Sequence record: SRR31156797_3245
Reading direction: 5' to 3' (one strand)
Length of the DNA stretch: 40,407 bases
Numbering within the stretch: position 1 is the first letter of the stretch; each line of letters starts with the position of its first letter. The position numbers were made by a program, and so were the translations under genes. Positions 18,073-27,262 of the stretch are shown piece by piece. A model generated the notes under the pieces. That model searched no databases, was not told where the DNA came from, and saw only the letters and a program-made list of their open reading frames with translations.

Positions 18073-19068
18073 CTATTCCTTTGCAGGATTGACGGTAGCC
18101 GCGATGCTCTCGCCAAGCTTCTGGTCCGCCTGGGCCTCGGCGAAGTCAGGGTTAACGTTTCCATTGGTGACCATTTCCGAAAAAAAGCCGCCGACAGCTT
18201 CCGCCTTTTCCTTTTCCTGCAGCATCTTTTCGGCCAGGCTGCCTTTTTTGCCCTCGCCAAACTCCACTTCAGTGGAATCGCAAGCCACAAGCTGAAGCTT
18301 GAATTCCTCGGCAAAAGCCGGCGGAAGCTTCCCCGCGGTCACCATGGCGTCCACCCGGTCCGACAAATGCTTTTTCCGGGCCTCGGCCTTGTCCTTGGCG
18401 TCCTTTTCCGCGAATTCCTTTTCGGCCTCGGCTTTGGCTTCCTGTTTGGCCTTGTCCGCCGCCTCTTTCTTCGCCTTTTCCAAGTCTTCCTCGGAAAATG
18501 ATTTGTCCTTGGGCAAATCCGGATTTGGTACAGGGCCCGCTTCCTTCATCAACCCGAAGAACGATTTCATTCCATCGAAAAATTCTTTCAGGTCCATTTC
18601 CTTTTTCCCCTTTTGATTAGGATTATTTTCGTCGGGAGCGGGTCCACCCCCGGATTCCTCAAATTCGAAATTTATTCCCTCATCGGAAAAACCGATGTCT
18701 TTTAACGCTTTTACAGCGGGCGGCATGGCGCCCAGGAACCCCACATGCCGAAGCCGTCCGTCCGGATAAAAGGAAGCGCTCCGCTTTTTATATAAACCCG
18801 CCTTCACCGCCGCGGCGAATTCGGGAACAACTTTCATTTTGGCGTCCAGGAACAACACGCCGTCTTTGACCCTACGGCGGATCCCCCGGACCCAACCGAA
18901 AGCAGGCGCATTGTCCCTGGGGTGGCCGACCACGACCGGGGGTTCGTGTTCGTCCGCATTAAAAAGGCTCACCGCCCGCTCAATCAACTTGTCGCCGTCA
19001 TGTTCCTTCCCCAAACTGTCTGTCTGCTTCCCGCCTTTAAAAATTTCCACCCACTTCCACTTTTTCAT
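18073..19068 (-). CDS. Mu-like prohead protease/scaffold protein
   Basis: EIFKGG...PPVVVGHPRDNAPAFGWV...YKKRSASFY...LRHVGFLGAMPPAVKAL, followed by a charged scaffold region. Confidence 0.85.
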   Translation of the reverse strand: MKKWKWVEIFKGGKQTDSLGKEHDGDKLIERAVSLFNADEHEPPVVVGHPRDNAPAFGWVRGIRRRVKDGVLFLDAKMKVVPEFAAAVKAGLYKKRSASFYPDGRLRHVGFLGAMPPAVKALKDIGFSDEGINFEFEESGGGPAPDENNPNQKGKKEMDLKEFFDGMKSFFGLMKEAGPVPNPDLPKDKSFSEEDLEKAKKEAADKAKQEAKAEAEKEFAEKDAKDKAEARKKHLSDRVDAMVTAGKLPPAFAEEFKLQLVACDSTEVEFGEGKKGSLAEKMLQEKEKAEAVGGFFSEMVTNGNVNPDFAEAQADQKLGESIAATVNPAKE

Positions 19069-19598
19069 ATCGATCTCCCGAAAATGTAATCTTCCAGGGT
19101 TGCTTCCATTTCAGGCAAATCCTCATCTTCCTGCACCACCAAAAAAGGCCTCGGCGGAATCCTGGTCCCGTCCAGGTTCTTCCGGCCGCGGTGCAGCGTA
19201 TCCGCGTCAACATCCGAATCGTATTTTTTGTTCGCCCCGATTCGCACCTCATCGTCATAAGCCTGCCAGGCGATAGACCCCATCAAGCCGCCCTGCATTC
19301 CCCGCCGAACCAATATCTGCCCCTTGTTCGACGCCGAATGCCAATAACCTAGCTTTTTCCTCTCCGCAATCGTCCTCGGGTGCAGCTCCGCCCATTTTCG
19401 CGGCCCGCCCACAAATTCAGGCTGCCCCGCCGATTTCCTTCCATATCGGTACCGGCCGCCGACCTCGAAATTCGTCATCACCGACTCGTGGATAATCTCA
19501 CCGATCAACCGCATGGCCGGCCGCAACGCCCCGGCCCGCTTCGAAATCTTTTTAAGCAGCTTGTCGACGCCGGTTTTTTTCAATTCGACCTCGATCAC
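19065..19598 (-). CDS. Virion morphogenesis protein (Mu gpG-like)
   Basis: PAMRLIGE...NFE...KWAEL..RT...IPPRPFL motifs. Confidence 0.85.
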   Translation of the reverse strand: MIEVELKKTGVDKLLKKISKRAGALRPAMRLIGEIIHESVMTNFEVGGRYRYGRKSAGQPEFVGGPRKWAELHPRTIAERKKLGYWHSASNKGQILVRRGMQGGLMGSIAWQAYDDEVRIGANKKYDSDVDADTLHRGRKNLDGTRIPPRPFLVVQEDEDLPEMEATLEDYIFGRSI

Positions 19599-21985
19599 AG
19601 CGCCGCTCCCATTTCCAGGCTCTCCCGAAGCATCCGCCGTTCTTCATCGGTATATTTGTCAAGTTTCGGCTGCCATGCCGAAAGCCCGGCCTTGCCCGGG
19701 TTGTAATTCCAACCCTCGCCCGGCTCAAAAGCCTTGCCGGTCGTGTAATCCATGGGCCAGCCGCTCTTTTCCGGCTTCAATCCCCTGGCCTTCAGTTGCC
19801 GGTTGCTCAAGGTCTTCACGTAGCACCGGCAATTCCAGTCAAGCGGAGGATAAAGGCTGTCCCAAACCCCGTCATCCGCATGCCAGACCTTCCCCCACAA
19901 TGACCGATGGCTCGGCCTGGTCCGATCGTCAGACACCCCGTTCAAAACCAGCCACGGCCGGTACGGCTTCACTTCCTGAATCTGCTTCCACCGCCCCGTC
20001 TGGTAGGCCACGGCCAAGTTAGTTTCATAGATTATTTCCAGCCGGTACGGAGCCAGCCGTTTCCGCTCTTCTCCGCTCGGCAGAACGATCTTTTCATCTT
20101 TCCGATCGTCCGCCCACCAGCCTTTTTGCCGTAAAATCGGCTCCAAATGCCGCGCAAAATCTTCATAGCTCCAACCCGTGGCAATGGCCTTGTCAACCGC
20201 CTTCCGGATGTCCCGCAGCACATCCATTTCCGTCACCCGCGCCACCGTGAAAGCATGCGCGTGCTCATCCTGCCAAACGTCTTTCCAGGAATTCGGCGAA
20301 ATTCGGTACCCTTTCTGAGCGAAAAACTCTATCTGCTCGCTAAACCCCTGCTCCCACCAGATCCCCGCGGTTCCCTGGTTGTCGGGCCGTTGGGCAAATT
20401 CGCTGTCTTCTTCCGCCTCATCAGCCACAGCCGCATTCCCGACCAAAGAACTCGCCAGCATGGCCCGGGTCAGCAGCTCCCGCCACTCTTCACCGTTCAG
20501 CTTCGGATAAACATCCAAAAGCCCGTCCCGGAATTGCTCCAAGCTCCGGGCCCGCTTCAAAAACCTGAAAACCGGCTTGAACGTTTTCTCAAACGCCTTT
20601 TGCCCCTTCCCGGCCATCTTCCCGGCAATATCGTCCACCGTCGAAAATCCCCAAACCGAATCCCCCTCGGCAAATTCCCCCGGCTTCTTTTTCTCATCGT
20701 CCTTGGCATCTGCCCCGGAGTCGGGGGCGCCCTGCCCGGGCAAACCGCCTTCCGACTCCGGGACTTTCTGGGGGTTATCTTGTTTAACAATCTCAAAATG
20801 ATTCGGATCCAGATTGTAGGTCTCGACGTAATATTCCTTGGTAAACTGCAGCCCCTGGCTCTTGGCCAGCATGTCATCACGCTCGGCCCGCTCTTTCTGT
20901 AGGTCTTCGTCTTCGTACCAGCCAAACTTCGGAGCCGCGGCCCCCATAAAATTCAATTCACAGATCCAGGCAAAAAGCCGATCGAAAGCCTTTTTAATCA
21001 TCCGCTGGTCCCGGCCCTGCCGCTCTTCCAGCTCCCCTTTCTGCACTTTCCCCAGGCTGTACGATCCCTGCCCCTTTTCGCCGCCCGGCTCCGTGGTCAA
21101 AGTCTGCCCCAGAATCACCTTGGAAATCTGCTGGTCCGAAGCTTTAATAAGCTCCCGGTAAATGTCGCTCGAAGCCCCGCGGGCGTCTCCGCCCCCAAAA
21201 TCCACCGATTCGTCGTCATTTATGACAAAAACCGCATCTTGCACCGCTCCAACCAGGGAGTCCCTTAAATTCTCCCGGTCTTCCTTGGTGGCATTCCTCG
21301 GAACCTTCCCCACAGGCCAGGGCATTCCGTATTTTTCAACAAACATGCCCCAAAACTTCTGTCCGGCCCGCTTCCATGTAATCGGCCAAAAACACCTGGA
21401 TAAAAGCCGCTCCCCATAAGGATTCAAATAGTTAGCCTTGAACCTGGGGAGCAGAAATTTCATGGGCGGCAAATCCTCACCGGTTATCAGGTTGTCCCGC
21501 GATAAAAATTTCAGCTCGTTATTGGCGTCAAAAGCAAACCACTCCGGAGGCTTCCCCACAATCCGGTCCGGCAGCCACAGCGGCCCCCTTTTCCAAACAA
21601 TCTCCATGGGCGCCATGCCGAAAAACGGGGCGTCCAACATCTCTTCAATAATCTGGTGGACTTCCAAAACCTCCATCAATTCCTTGATAACCTTGAAAGC
21701 CCGCCTCCGGCTCTGCGCCTTGCCGCCCTCGGGCTCCACAATCTCCCATTCCCGGTCCAGCGTTCCCCCCTGCCGGCTTTCCTGGCAGGTCTGCACTTGA
21801 GAATCGGTCAAAAGAAATCGTAGAACGGTAATCCACTCATTCATGGAATACCCCTTGCGATAAGCCACCTGGTCAGGATCCGGCAAAAGGTTGTCCAGCC
21901 CCCACCAGTCCTCGCTCCTGGCCCGGGTCACAATTTCTTCCTGCACCCGGAATCCCAACCGCTCTATTTCATTAGCTTTCGCCAT
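19595..21985 (-). CDS. Portal protein (DUF935/Mu gp29) fused to MuF/gp30 head morphogenesis domain
   Basis: N-terminal part: NPYGERLLSRCFWP, FVEKYGMP, ISKVILGQTLTT. C-terminal part: AFTVAR, IYETNL..AYQTGRW, DDRTRPSH, YPPLDWNCRC, GWNYNPG. Confidence 0.88.
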   Translation of the reverse strand: MAKANEIERLGFRVQEEIVTRARSEDWWGLDNLLPDPDQVAYRKGYSMNEWITVLRFLLTDSQVQTCQESRQGGTLDREWEIVEPEGGKAQSRRRAFKVIKELMEVLEVHQIIEEMLDAPFFGMAPMEIVWKRGPLWLPDRIVGKPPEWFAFDANNELKFLSRDNLITGEDLPPMKFLLPRFKANYLNPYGERLLSRCFWPITWKRAGQKFWGMFVEKYGMPWPVGKVPRNATKEDRENLRDSLVGAVQDAVFVINDDESVDFGGGDARGASSDIYRELIKASDQQISKVILGQTLTTEPGGEKGQGSYSLGKVQKGELEERQGRDQRMIKKAFDRLFAWICELNFMGAAAPKFGWYEDEDLQKERAERDDMLAKSQGLQFTKEYYVETYNLDPNHFEIVKQDNPQKVPESEGGLPGQGAPDSGADAKDDEKKKPGEFAEGDSVWGFSTVDDIAGKMAGKGQKAFEKTFKPVFRFLKRARSLEQFRDGLLDVYPKLNGEEWRELLTRAMLASSLVGNAAVADEAEEDSEFAQRPDNQGTAGIWWEQGFSEQIEFFAQKGYRISPNSWKDVWQDEHAHAFTVARVTEMDVLRDIRKAVDKAIATGWSYEDFARHLEPILRQKGWWADDRKDEKIVLPSGEERKRLAPYRLEIIYETNLAVAYQTGRWKQIQEVKPYRPWLVLNGVSDDRTRPSHRSLWGKVWHADDGVWDSLYPPLDWNCRCYVKTLSNRQLKARGLKPEKSGWPMDYTTGKAFEPGEGWNYNPGKAGLSAWQPKLDKYTDEERRMLRESLEMGAAL

Positions 21986-23466
21986 CAGAACCCGCTTGAT
22001 TTCTCCGCCATTTCACGTTTTCCGCCGCTGGTCGTCACGGGCGGCGCCATCAGCCCTTCCGAAAGCATGGTGTACCCGCCCGAAACCACGTCCACCTGGT
22101 CATCATGCTTGTCATTCACCCCGGTAAACTTCTGGCATTCGTTCAAAAACTCATTCACCCACGGCCCACTGACCAGGTGCACCTTCCCGGCCTCGGCCTT
22201 GGCTATCCACGGCAGGGCCCTTGTCAGTTTGTCCGAATCGCTCGGCACCGCGTAAACAGCCACATGCCGCATTTCCGGGTCAGACTGTAAATCGGAAATA
22301 AACCCCTTCTGTTGACCGGCTTCCTCCACCCCCTGCGGAATCGGCTCAATTTTAGCCGTCTGCCGGATAACCCGCCGCGTTTGCGGCCATTCCCACTGGT
22401 CCCGGATCATGTCCCGGATGTAAATATTGTTATCCTGGCCCATGGCCAGGGCCACGGAAGTTGTATAATCGGCGCTCTCCTTGGCCGAAACCGCCAGGTC
22501 CCAATACCGCACCCACCGCAGCCCCTCCGGCGCCCGGTCGACAATCTTGAACCAGTCCCTTTTGATCTTGCTCCCGCCCGGAGGATTAGGCCGTTGCTGA
22601 TACAAGGCATCCCAGTCATACGTTCCCATATTCGCCTTGATGCTCAGCAGTTTTTCACGTGGAAATCTTTCCGGCCACAGCGCCTCGCCCGGCTGCCGGC
22701 CCAGAATGTCGCCTTTCTCGGCCAGGGCCTTCAAATCCAGCACAACCCACTGGTCCGCCAGCGGGTCGTTTTCCATGGCTTGCAAAAGCCGCCCGGCCAG
22801 GTCATCTTCGTGCCACCGGGTCATAATGATCAAAAACCGCGCCCCGGGCATTTGGCGAGTGTAAAAAGTCGAAGTGTACCAATCCCATACTTTTTCACGG
22901 ATTGTTTCAGACTCGGCCTCGGCCCGGTCCTTGAACGGATCGTCAATCAGCCCGAAATCCATACCGCGCCCCGTGATTCCGCCGCCCACGCCCGCGCACC
23001 GGTAAATGCCGCCCTGGTTTGTCTCCCATTCCTCGGTCTGGTCGGAAATACCGTCCCCGCGCTTTTCCGAAAGCCGCACATCAGGAAACAATTCCCGGTA
23101 TTCGCTCGACCTCATCACCCTCTTGGCCTTGCGGCTGTTGTCAAAGGCCAGCGAAGCCGCGTAACTCGTGGCTATAATCTGGGCCTCTGGAAATTTTCCA
23201 AATATCTTCCCGGGCATGCGCCGGGAAACAAGCTCGGTTTTGCCCGCCCGTGGAGGCGTCAATATCATCAGAAAAGGAATCAGGCCTGCAATCCAGTCGT
23301 CCAGCGTCCCCGCTATCAGCTCATTATGAGCCGCCCGTTTATATTGCGGAAACGTGTAGCACGTGAAATCAATCATGTGCCGCCGCGCCAGCTCCCGCCT
23401 GGCCGCGATCGCCGCAACTTCCGGGGAAATCCCCCTATATTCAATCGGCAGCGCTTGTGTTTCCAC
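21985..23466 (-). CDS. terL: Terminase large subunit
   Basis: Walker A PPRAGKT, GITGRG, Walker B LIDDP, IIMTRWHEDDL, nuclease motifs WDLA and HDDQVD. Confidence 0.95.
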   Translation of the reverse strand: METQALPIEYRGISPEVAAIAARRELARRHMIDFTCYTFPQYKRAAHNELIAGTLDDWIAGLIPFLMILTPPRAGKTELVSRRMPGKIFGKFPEAQIIATSYAASLAFDNSRKAKRVMRSSEYRELFPDVRLSEKRGDGISDQTEEWETNQGGIYRCAGVGGGITGRGMDFGLIDDPFKDRAEAESETIREKVWDWYTSTFYTRQMPGARFLIIMTRWHEDDLAGRLLQAMENDPLADQWVVLDLKALAEKGDILGRQPGEALWPERFPREKLLSIKANMGTYDWDALYQQRPNPPGGSKIKRDWFKIVDRAPEGLRWVRYWDLAVSAKESADYTTSVALAMGQDNNIYIRDMIRDQWEWPQTRRVIRQTAKIEPIPQGVEEAGQQKGFISDLQSDPEMRHVAVYAVPSDSDKLTRALPWIAKAEAGKVHLVSGPWVNEFLNECQKFTGVNDKHDDQVDVVSGGYTMLSEGLMAPPVTTSGGKREMAEKSSGF

Positions 23467-23980
23467 TTGCCAAAAACCTTAACTGCTCGTCAGAAAGCCC
23501 CGACATATCCAGCAAGGCTTCCTCTTTCTTGGGTTCAAAACCCTTGTCAATGTTGTAAACTTGCCTCTCCATGGCCATTAGCCGTTCAACCAGGGGTGTC
23601 ACAAACTTCAAAACCGCGCTTTTTTTCTTCAATCCTTCTTCCGGGGTTTTCGCTTTCTTTTCCGCCGCGTCAATCAGTTCGTCGGCAAACTCGGTCAGTT
23701 TCCGAATCCGCTCCCGCTGGGCCCTGACCACTTCAACAATTTTCCGGGCGCCCTGCTCGACAGCCTCTTTTTCCGTCTTGGCTTCCGAATCGGTCAAAAG
23801 CTCATTCGCCGCTTTTTGCCGCGCCTGCTCTCCTAAATCGCGCTGCCAGTCTCCGGCCCTGGCCCGTTTCCGGATCGCCGCCTCCGAACAACCGAATTCC
23901 GCCGCCAGCTCCCGGTTGGACTTCTGCCCGGCCCGGTATTCCCGCTCTATCGCCTCCCAATCGTATCGTTTCGCGCCCAT
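23441..23980 (-). CDS. terS: Terminase small subunit
   Basis: DWEAIEREYRAG..S.RELA..FG.SEAAIRKRA HTH, immediately upstream of terL. Confidence 0.8.
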   Translation of the reverse strand: MGAKRYDWEAIEREYRAGQKSNRELAAEFGCSEAAIRKRARAGDWQRDLGEQARQKAANELLTDSEAKTEKEAVEQGARKIVEVVRAQRERIRKLTEFADELIDAAEKKAKTPEEGLKKKSAVLKFVTPLVERLMAMERQVYNIDKGFEPKKEEALLDMSGLSDEQLRFLASGNTSAAD

Positions 23981-23989
23981 TTTATTTAC

Positions 23990-24019
23990 TTGACAAAACC
24001 CTTGTTTTTTTGCTAAAAT
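23990..24019 (+). promoter_or_regulatory. Sigma70-type promoter for the ASCH gene
   Basis: TTGACA (23990-23995), 18-nt spacer, TG-C-TAAAAT (24011-24019). Confidence 0.6.
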
Positions 24020-24028
24020 TGTAATGTT

Positions 24029-24385
24029 ATGAAAGCGTTATCTGTAAAACAGCCCTTCGCCGGCATGATAGCCGAAGGCTTCAAAACCATTGAATTCCGC
24101 ACCTGGAAAACCAGCCATCGCGGGCCTTTGCTGATCTGCGCTTCAAAAAGGCCGAATGTCACCCTGGATACCGGTGAAGTTCTCCCAACCGGTTGCGCCG
24201 TTTGCAAGGTTGACGTGGTCGACTGCCGGCCCTTCACGGAAGCCGATCTGTACGAAGCCGGCCTTAACCGGGTCGGCATGCCCGACAATCCCGGCTTCGC
24301 CTGGGTGCTCGAAAACCCGCGCCCCGTCAAACAAATTCCCGTCACAGGCCGATTAAGTTTATTCACGGTCGACCTCCCCGCCTAA
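24029..24385 (+). CDS. ASCH domain protein
   Basis: ALSVKQPFA.MI..G.KTIEFRTW...HRGPLLICAS...WVLENP...G.L.LF signature. Confidence 0.88.
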   Translation: MKALSVKQPFAGMIAEGFKTIEFRTWKTSHRGPLLICASKRPNVTLDTGEVLPTGCAVCKVDVVDCRPFTEADLYEAGLNRVGMPDNPGFAWVLENPRPVKQIPVTGRLSLFTVDLPA

Positions 24386-25060
24386 TCTCTCCACAAGCCG
24401 CTCGATCAAAACCGCGTTTATGTAGCTCTCCGCCTTTGGCGCCCCCAAAAGCTTCATAATCCGGCCTTTTTCCTGGGCCGTCTCACACACCACAACCACG
24501 TAATAATCAACCGAATCCTCGTTTTTCAGCCGCTCCGCAGCCTCTTTCCGCTCTTTCTTGATATCCTTCAGCTTGTCCTTGGCCCCGGTCACTTCCTCGG
24601 AATCCTGGAAAAGCTCGGAAAACCGGCCGTCGCCGTCAAAAAGGAAATCAACATCCGCCTCGCTGAATCCCATGTCGTCAAACCCGATGCCCGAATCAAT
24701 ATTCAAAGCCGCCAGGTCATCCAGGTCCCATTCACCTTGGGCCGACGGATTATTGAAAAACACGACCATTTCCTTTTCCGTCTCTTCATTCAGCTGAACA
24801 ACCGCCACGTAAAGCTCGTATTCTTCTTTCTTTTCCGGATACTTTTCCAGCTTGTCCAGTTGCTTCAACCTCTGGTGCCCGCTCACCAGGTTTCCGGTAA
24901 CCTCATTCCACACCAGCGGAGCCAGTAGCCCGACCTTGCGCAATTTCTTGCGCAGCCGTTTTTCCGACTCTTCCCGGATCAATCGCGGGTTGTACGGAGC
25001 CGGATTAATCGTGCTCCGACGCACCGCCCGGTGCTCATATTTCTGGTGTTTGGTCAGCAT
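24359..25060 (-). CDS. ParB/Srx-like nuclease-fold protein (terminase-associated)
   Basis: INPAPYNPR...GLLAPLVWN..TGNLVSGHQRL motif. Confidence 0.85.
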   Translation of the reverse strand: MLTKHQKYEHRAVRRSTINPAPYNPRLIREESEKRLRKKLRKVGLLAPLVWNEVTGNLVSGHQRLKQLDKLEKYPEKKEEYELYVAVVQLNEETEKEMVVFFNNPSAQGEWDLDDLAALNIDSGIGFDDMGFSEADVDFLFDGDGRFSELFQDSEEVTGAKDKLKDIKKERKEAAERLKNEDSVDYYVVVVCETAQEKGRIMKLLGAPKAESYINAVLIERLVERLGGEVDRE

Positions 25061-25706
25061 AATTCTTCACCGCCGCTTCGCACAAAGGAAACCACGATTT
25101 AATCCTTTTAAAATCCGCCGGATAATGCTTTTTGATAATCCACATGTCCCGCGCCGAAAGCCCTCTGAACGAATGCCCCAAAACCCGCGACTCCGGCGCC
25201 ACCTTCAGTTTCCGCGTTTTTATATAATGCTCGATCTCCGGCTTGCTCCAGTAAGCCGCCGGGAAAAACCGCCCCCGTTTTTCGTCAATACTCCCGGTAC
25301 GCACCATCATGGCCCGCCGCCAAATGCTGTCTTTTATCCGCTCTCCCCCGGCAATCCACCAGGTCTTGAACCGCTCCCGAACGTAGTTGTAAACCTCCGC
25401 CGGCTGCACGATCGGCACGCTCAGATCCGGCTCCCGAAAGGATCCGTATCTCAACAGGTCGCTCAGCACAAAATGAGGCAGGCTCACAATCTCCACCCCG
25501 TAACGCTTTTCAGCCCACCGAATAAGCGAAGTCTGAAAAGACAGCCCCTTGACAAAATGCATGTGAAAAACAAAAACCTTATCGAAATACCGGCAGCAAA
25601 GATCCAGCACCACCGCCGAATCCTTGCCCCCGGAATAACTCACAATGACCCGCCGGCTAAGGCGGGCCATCGTCTTGATGGGTTCAAAAAGAGCAACGGT
25701 CATCAT
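25035..25706 (-). CDS. PP-loop ATPase, PAPS-reductase-like family (short form, no Fe-S motif)
   Basis: VIVSYSGGKDS PP-loop, G.R..DS..RR and P.AYWSK motifs. Confidence 0.85.
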   Translation of the reverse strand: MMTVALFEPIKTMARLSRRVIVSYSGGKDSAVVLDLCCRYFDKVFVFHMHFVKGLSFQTSLIRWAEKRYGVEIVSLPHFVLSDLLRYGSFREPDLSVPIVQPAEVYNYVRERFKTWWIAGGERIKDSIWRRAMMVRTGSIDEKRGRFFPAAYWSKPEIEHYIKTRKLKVAPESRVLGHSFRGLSARDMWIIKKHYPADFKRIKSWFPLCEAAVKNYADQTPEI

Positions 25707-25780
25707 CCGCCCTTTCCGGACCCGCTGCGCTTCATGGTCTTCTCATAAGCTTTTTCCCACCTGAGTCTGCGCCTATTCAC
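25703..25780 (-). CDS. 25-aa basic peptide ending GSGKGG (not in ORF track)
   Basis: GAGGTGA RBS plus GTG start. MNRRRLRWEKAYEKTMKRSGSGKGG. Its TGA overlaps the ATG of the PP-loop gene (ATGA). Confidence 0.65.
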   Translation of the reverse strand: MNRRRLRWEKAYEKTMKRSGSGKGG

Positions 25781-25940
25781 AAATCACCTCTCAAACTTTG
25801 GGGGGCGTCAGCCGCCTTTACCGGCCCCGCCGCGTTTTTTATTGGCCCGGTCCATGGCCGCTTCATAGCTGCTTCTGCGTTTACCCTTGAAAATTGCATC
25901 GTAAGCGCGCCTGAGTCCCCTGGTCACAAATCACCTCTCA
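25778..25940. repeat. 16-nt direct repeat CACAAATCACCTCTCA at 25778-25793 and 25925-25940 (RBS and start of the two peptides)
   Basis: Exact match read from the sequence. CCTGAGTC also recurs at 25760 and 25910. Confidence 0.9.
25808..25927 (-). CDS. 39-aa basic peptide ending GAGKGG (not in ORF track)
   Basis: Identical GAGGTGA RBS plus GTG start. MTRGLRRAYDAIFKGKRRSSYEAAMDRANKKRGGAGKGG. Confidence 0.65.
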   Translation of the reverse strand: MTRGLRRAYDAIFKGKRRSSYEAAMDRANKKRGGAGKGG

Positions 25941-26237
25941 GTCCGGAATTACCTTGAAATTGCCTTCAACCGCATCACACACCCGCGTCATGGCCGCCGT
26001 GTTCGCCTTGACAACCTCCAATAGAACAGCGGATGTCTTGTTAGAATCCTCGGCCAGGCTCGCGTTGTTCTCATACATTTTCCGCATTTCCTGGTGTCGG
26101 CGCTCGTGGCTCCTGTTGGTCCAGATCAGCGCCCCCCAGGGAGCCAAAATCACGACCACAGTGGCAATTAAAAGCAGGCTGACCGCCGGAAAGGTGGCCA
26201 CCTGCTTTAAAATTTCCACTATCTGGTCCGTGCTCAC
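25938..26237 (-). CDS. Small membrane protein in lysis module (holin-like)
   Basis: N-terminal TM helix followed by a coiled segment, located in the lysis cluster. Confidence 0.55.
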   Translation of the reverse strand: MSTDQIVEILKQVATFPAVSLLLIATVVVILAPWGALIWTNRSHERRHQEMRKMYENNASLAEDSNKTSAVLLEVVKANTAAMTRVCDAVEGNFKVIPD

Positions 26238-26242
26238 AGCCT

Positions 26243-26533
26243 TCAGTCTCCCGGCTCGGAGCCTATTCCTTGTTCCAAAACAACTGTTTGCTGGATGAGT
26301 TCCCGCTCATCGATATTTAAAAGTCCGATAAGCAGTTCCACGGCCAGGTCATCCCATGGATTTTCCGTTCCGGCGGCCTTGGTTTTCAAGGCGCCTACAA
26401 ACTCAGCCAGCTCCGACCGAAGCGCCGGCGTAATCTGACTCACAACCATTTTCAAAACCGGAACGATAATCAAAAGAAACTTGGAAATAAAATCCACCTT
26501 TGATAAAACATTCACCTCATCACCTCTCTTCAC
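26243..26533 (-). CDS. Hypothetical lysis-region protein
   Basis: TENPWDD motif typical of small phage lysis-region proteins, RBS present. Confidence 0.55.
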   Translation of the reverse strand: MKRGDEVNVLSKVDFISKFLLIIVPVLKMVVSQITPALRSELAEFVGALKTKAAGTENPWDDLAVELLIGLLNIDERELIQQTVVLEQGIGSEPGD

Positions 26534-26581
26534 TCCTCTCTGTCTTTGCCCCTGTTTAATTCCCTCTATCGCAGCAATTTA

Positions 26582-26770
26582 TTAATCTCTGAGCGCCGAC
26601 CTGCCGAATATCCCAATCAGGCCGATAAACACCGTCTGCACCGCCTCCGCCGGCGGAATAAAACCGGTAAAGCCCCCAACCGCGCCGGTCAAAACACTCA
26701 GCGCCCCTGTCCATGCCGTTTTGGACTTCAAGAGCGACTTGTTACGATTACTGCTAAAAAGATTCACCAA
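26582..26770 (-). CDS. Putative holin
   Basis: 62 aa with LKSKTAW followed by two hydrophobic helices, abutting the endolysin. Confidence 0.6.
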   Translation of the reverse strand: MVNLFSSNRNKSLLKSKTAWTGALSVLTGAVGGFTGFIPPAEAVQTVFIGLIGIFGRSALRD

Positions 26771-27262
26771 TCACCCCCGTGAATTCTTCAATCTCGTGTA
26801 TTGCCGCCGAACTTTTGTCACATACGCCTGGTTCCGATATTTCCCGTCCTTGCCGCGCCTCGGGCTCCCCTGGTTGTATGCGCTCACCACATCCCAAACA
26901 TTCGACCACCGCTTGAAAAGCCCGGCCAGGTGCTTGCAACCAACTTCCAGGCCCAGAGCGTCCGAAGCATAAGCCGTCAGCCAGCCCCTGAATCCCATGT
27001 GCCGAATGTTGAAACCCATTACCTGCATCGGCCCGAAGCTGAACATCTGCAGCCGCTTTTCCGTTTCCAGGCTGCATGTGGAAGGCCTCAGATGCACATT
27101 ATTCACATACCGCCCCACGTGCTTTTCATACCGAACCGCTGATACCTGACCGCCCGACTCGCAAATAACAATCGCCCCGACCAAAAAAGGATCCAGCTTG
27201 TACCGTCTGGAAATCACCTTTATTCGAAGCCATAAATCGTCGAGTTGTCCCATTTGCCCCAC
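26771..27262 (-). CDS. Endolysin, lytic transglycosylase (SLT) family
   Basis: AIVICESGG catalytic Glu, SFGPMQVMG, SAYNQG and YVTKV motifs. Confidence 0.85.
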   Translation of the reverse strand: MGQMGQLDDLWLRIKVISRRYKLDPFLVGAIVICESGGQVSAVRYEKHVGRYVNNVHLRPSTCSLETEKRLQMFSFGPMQVMGFNIRHMGFRGWLTAYASDALGLEVGCKHLAGLFKRWSNVWDVVSAYNQGSPRRGKDGKYRNQAYVTKVRRQYTRLKNSRG

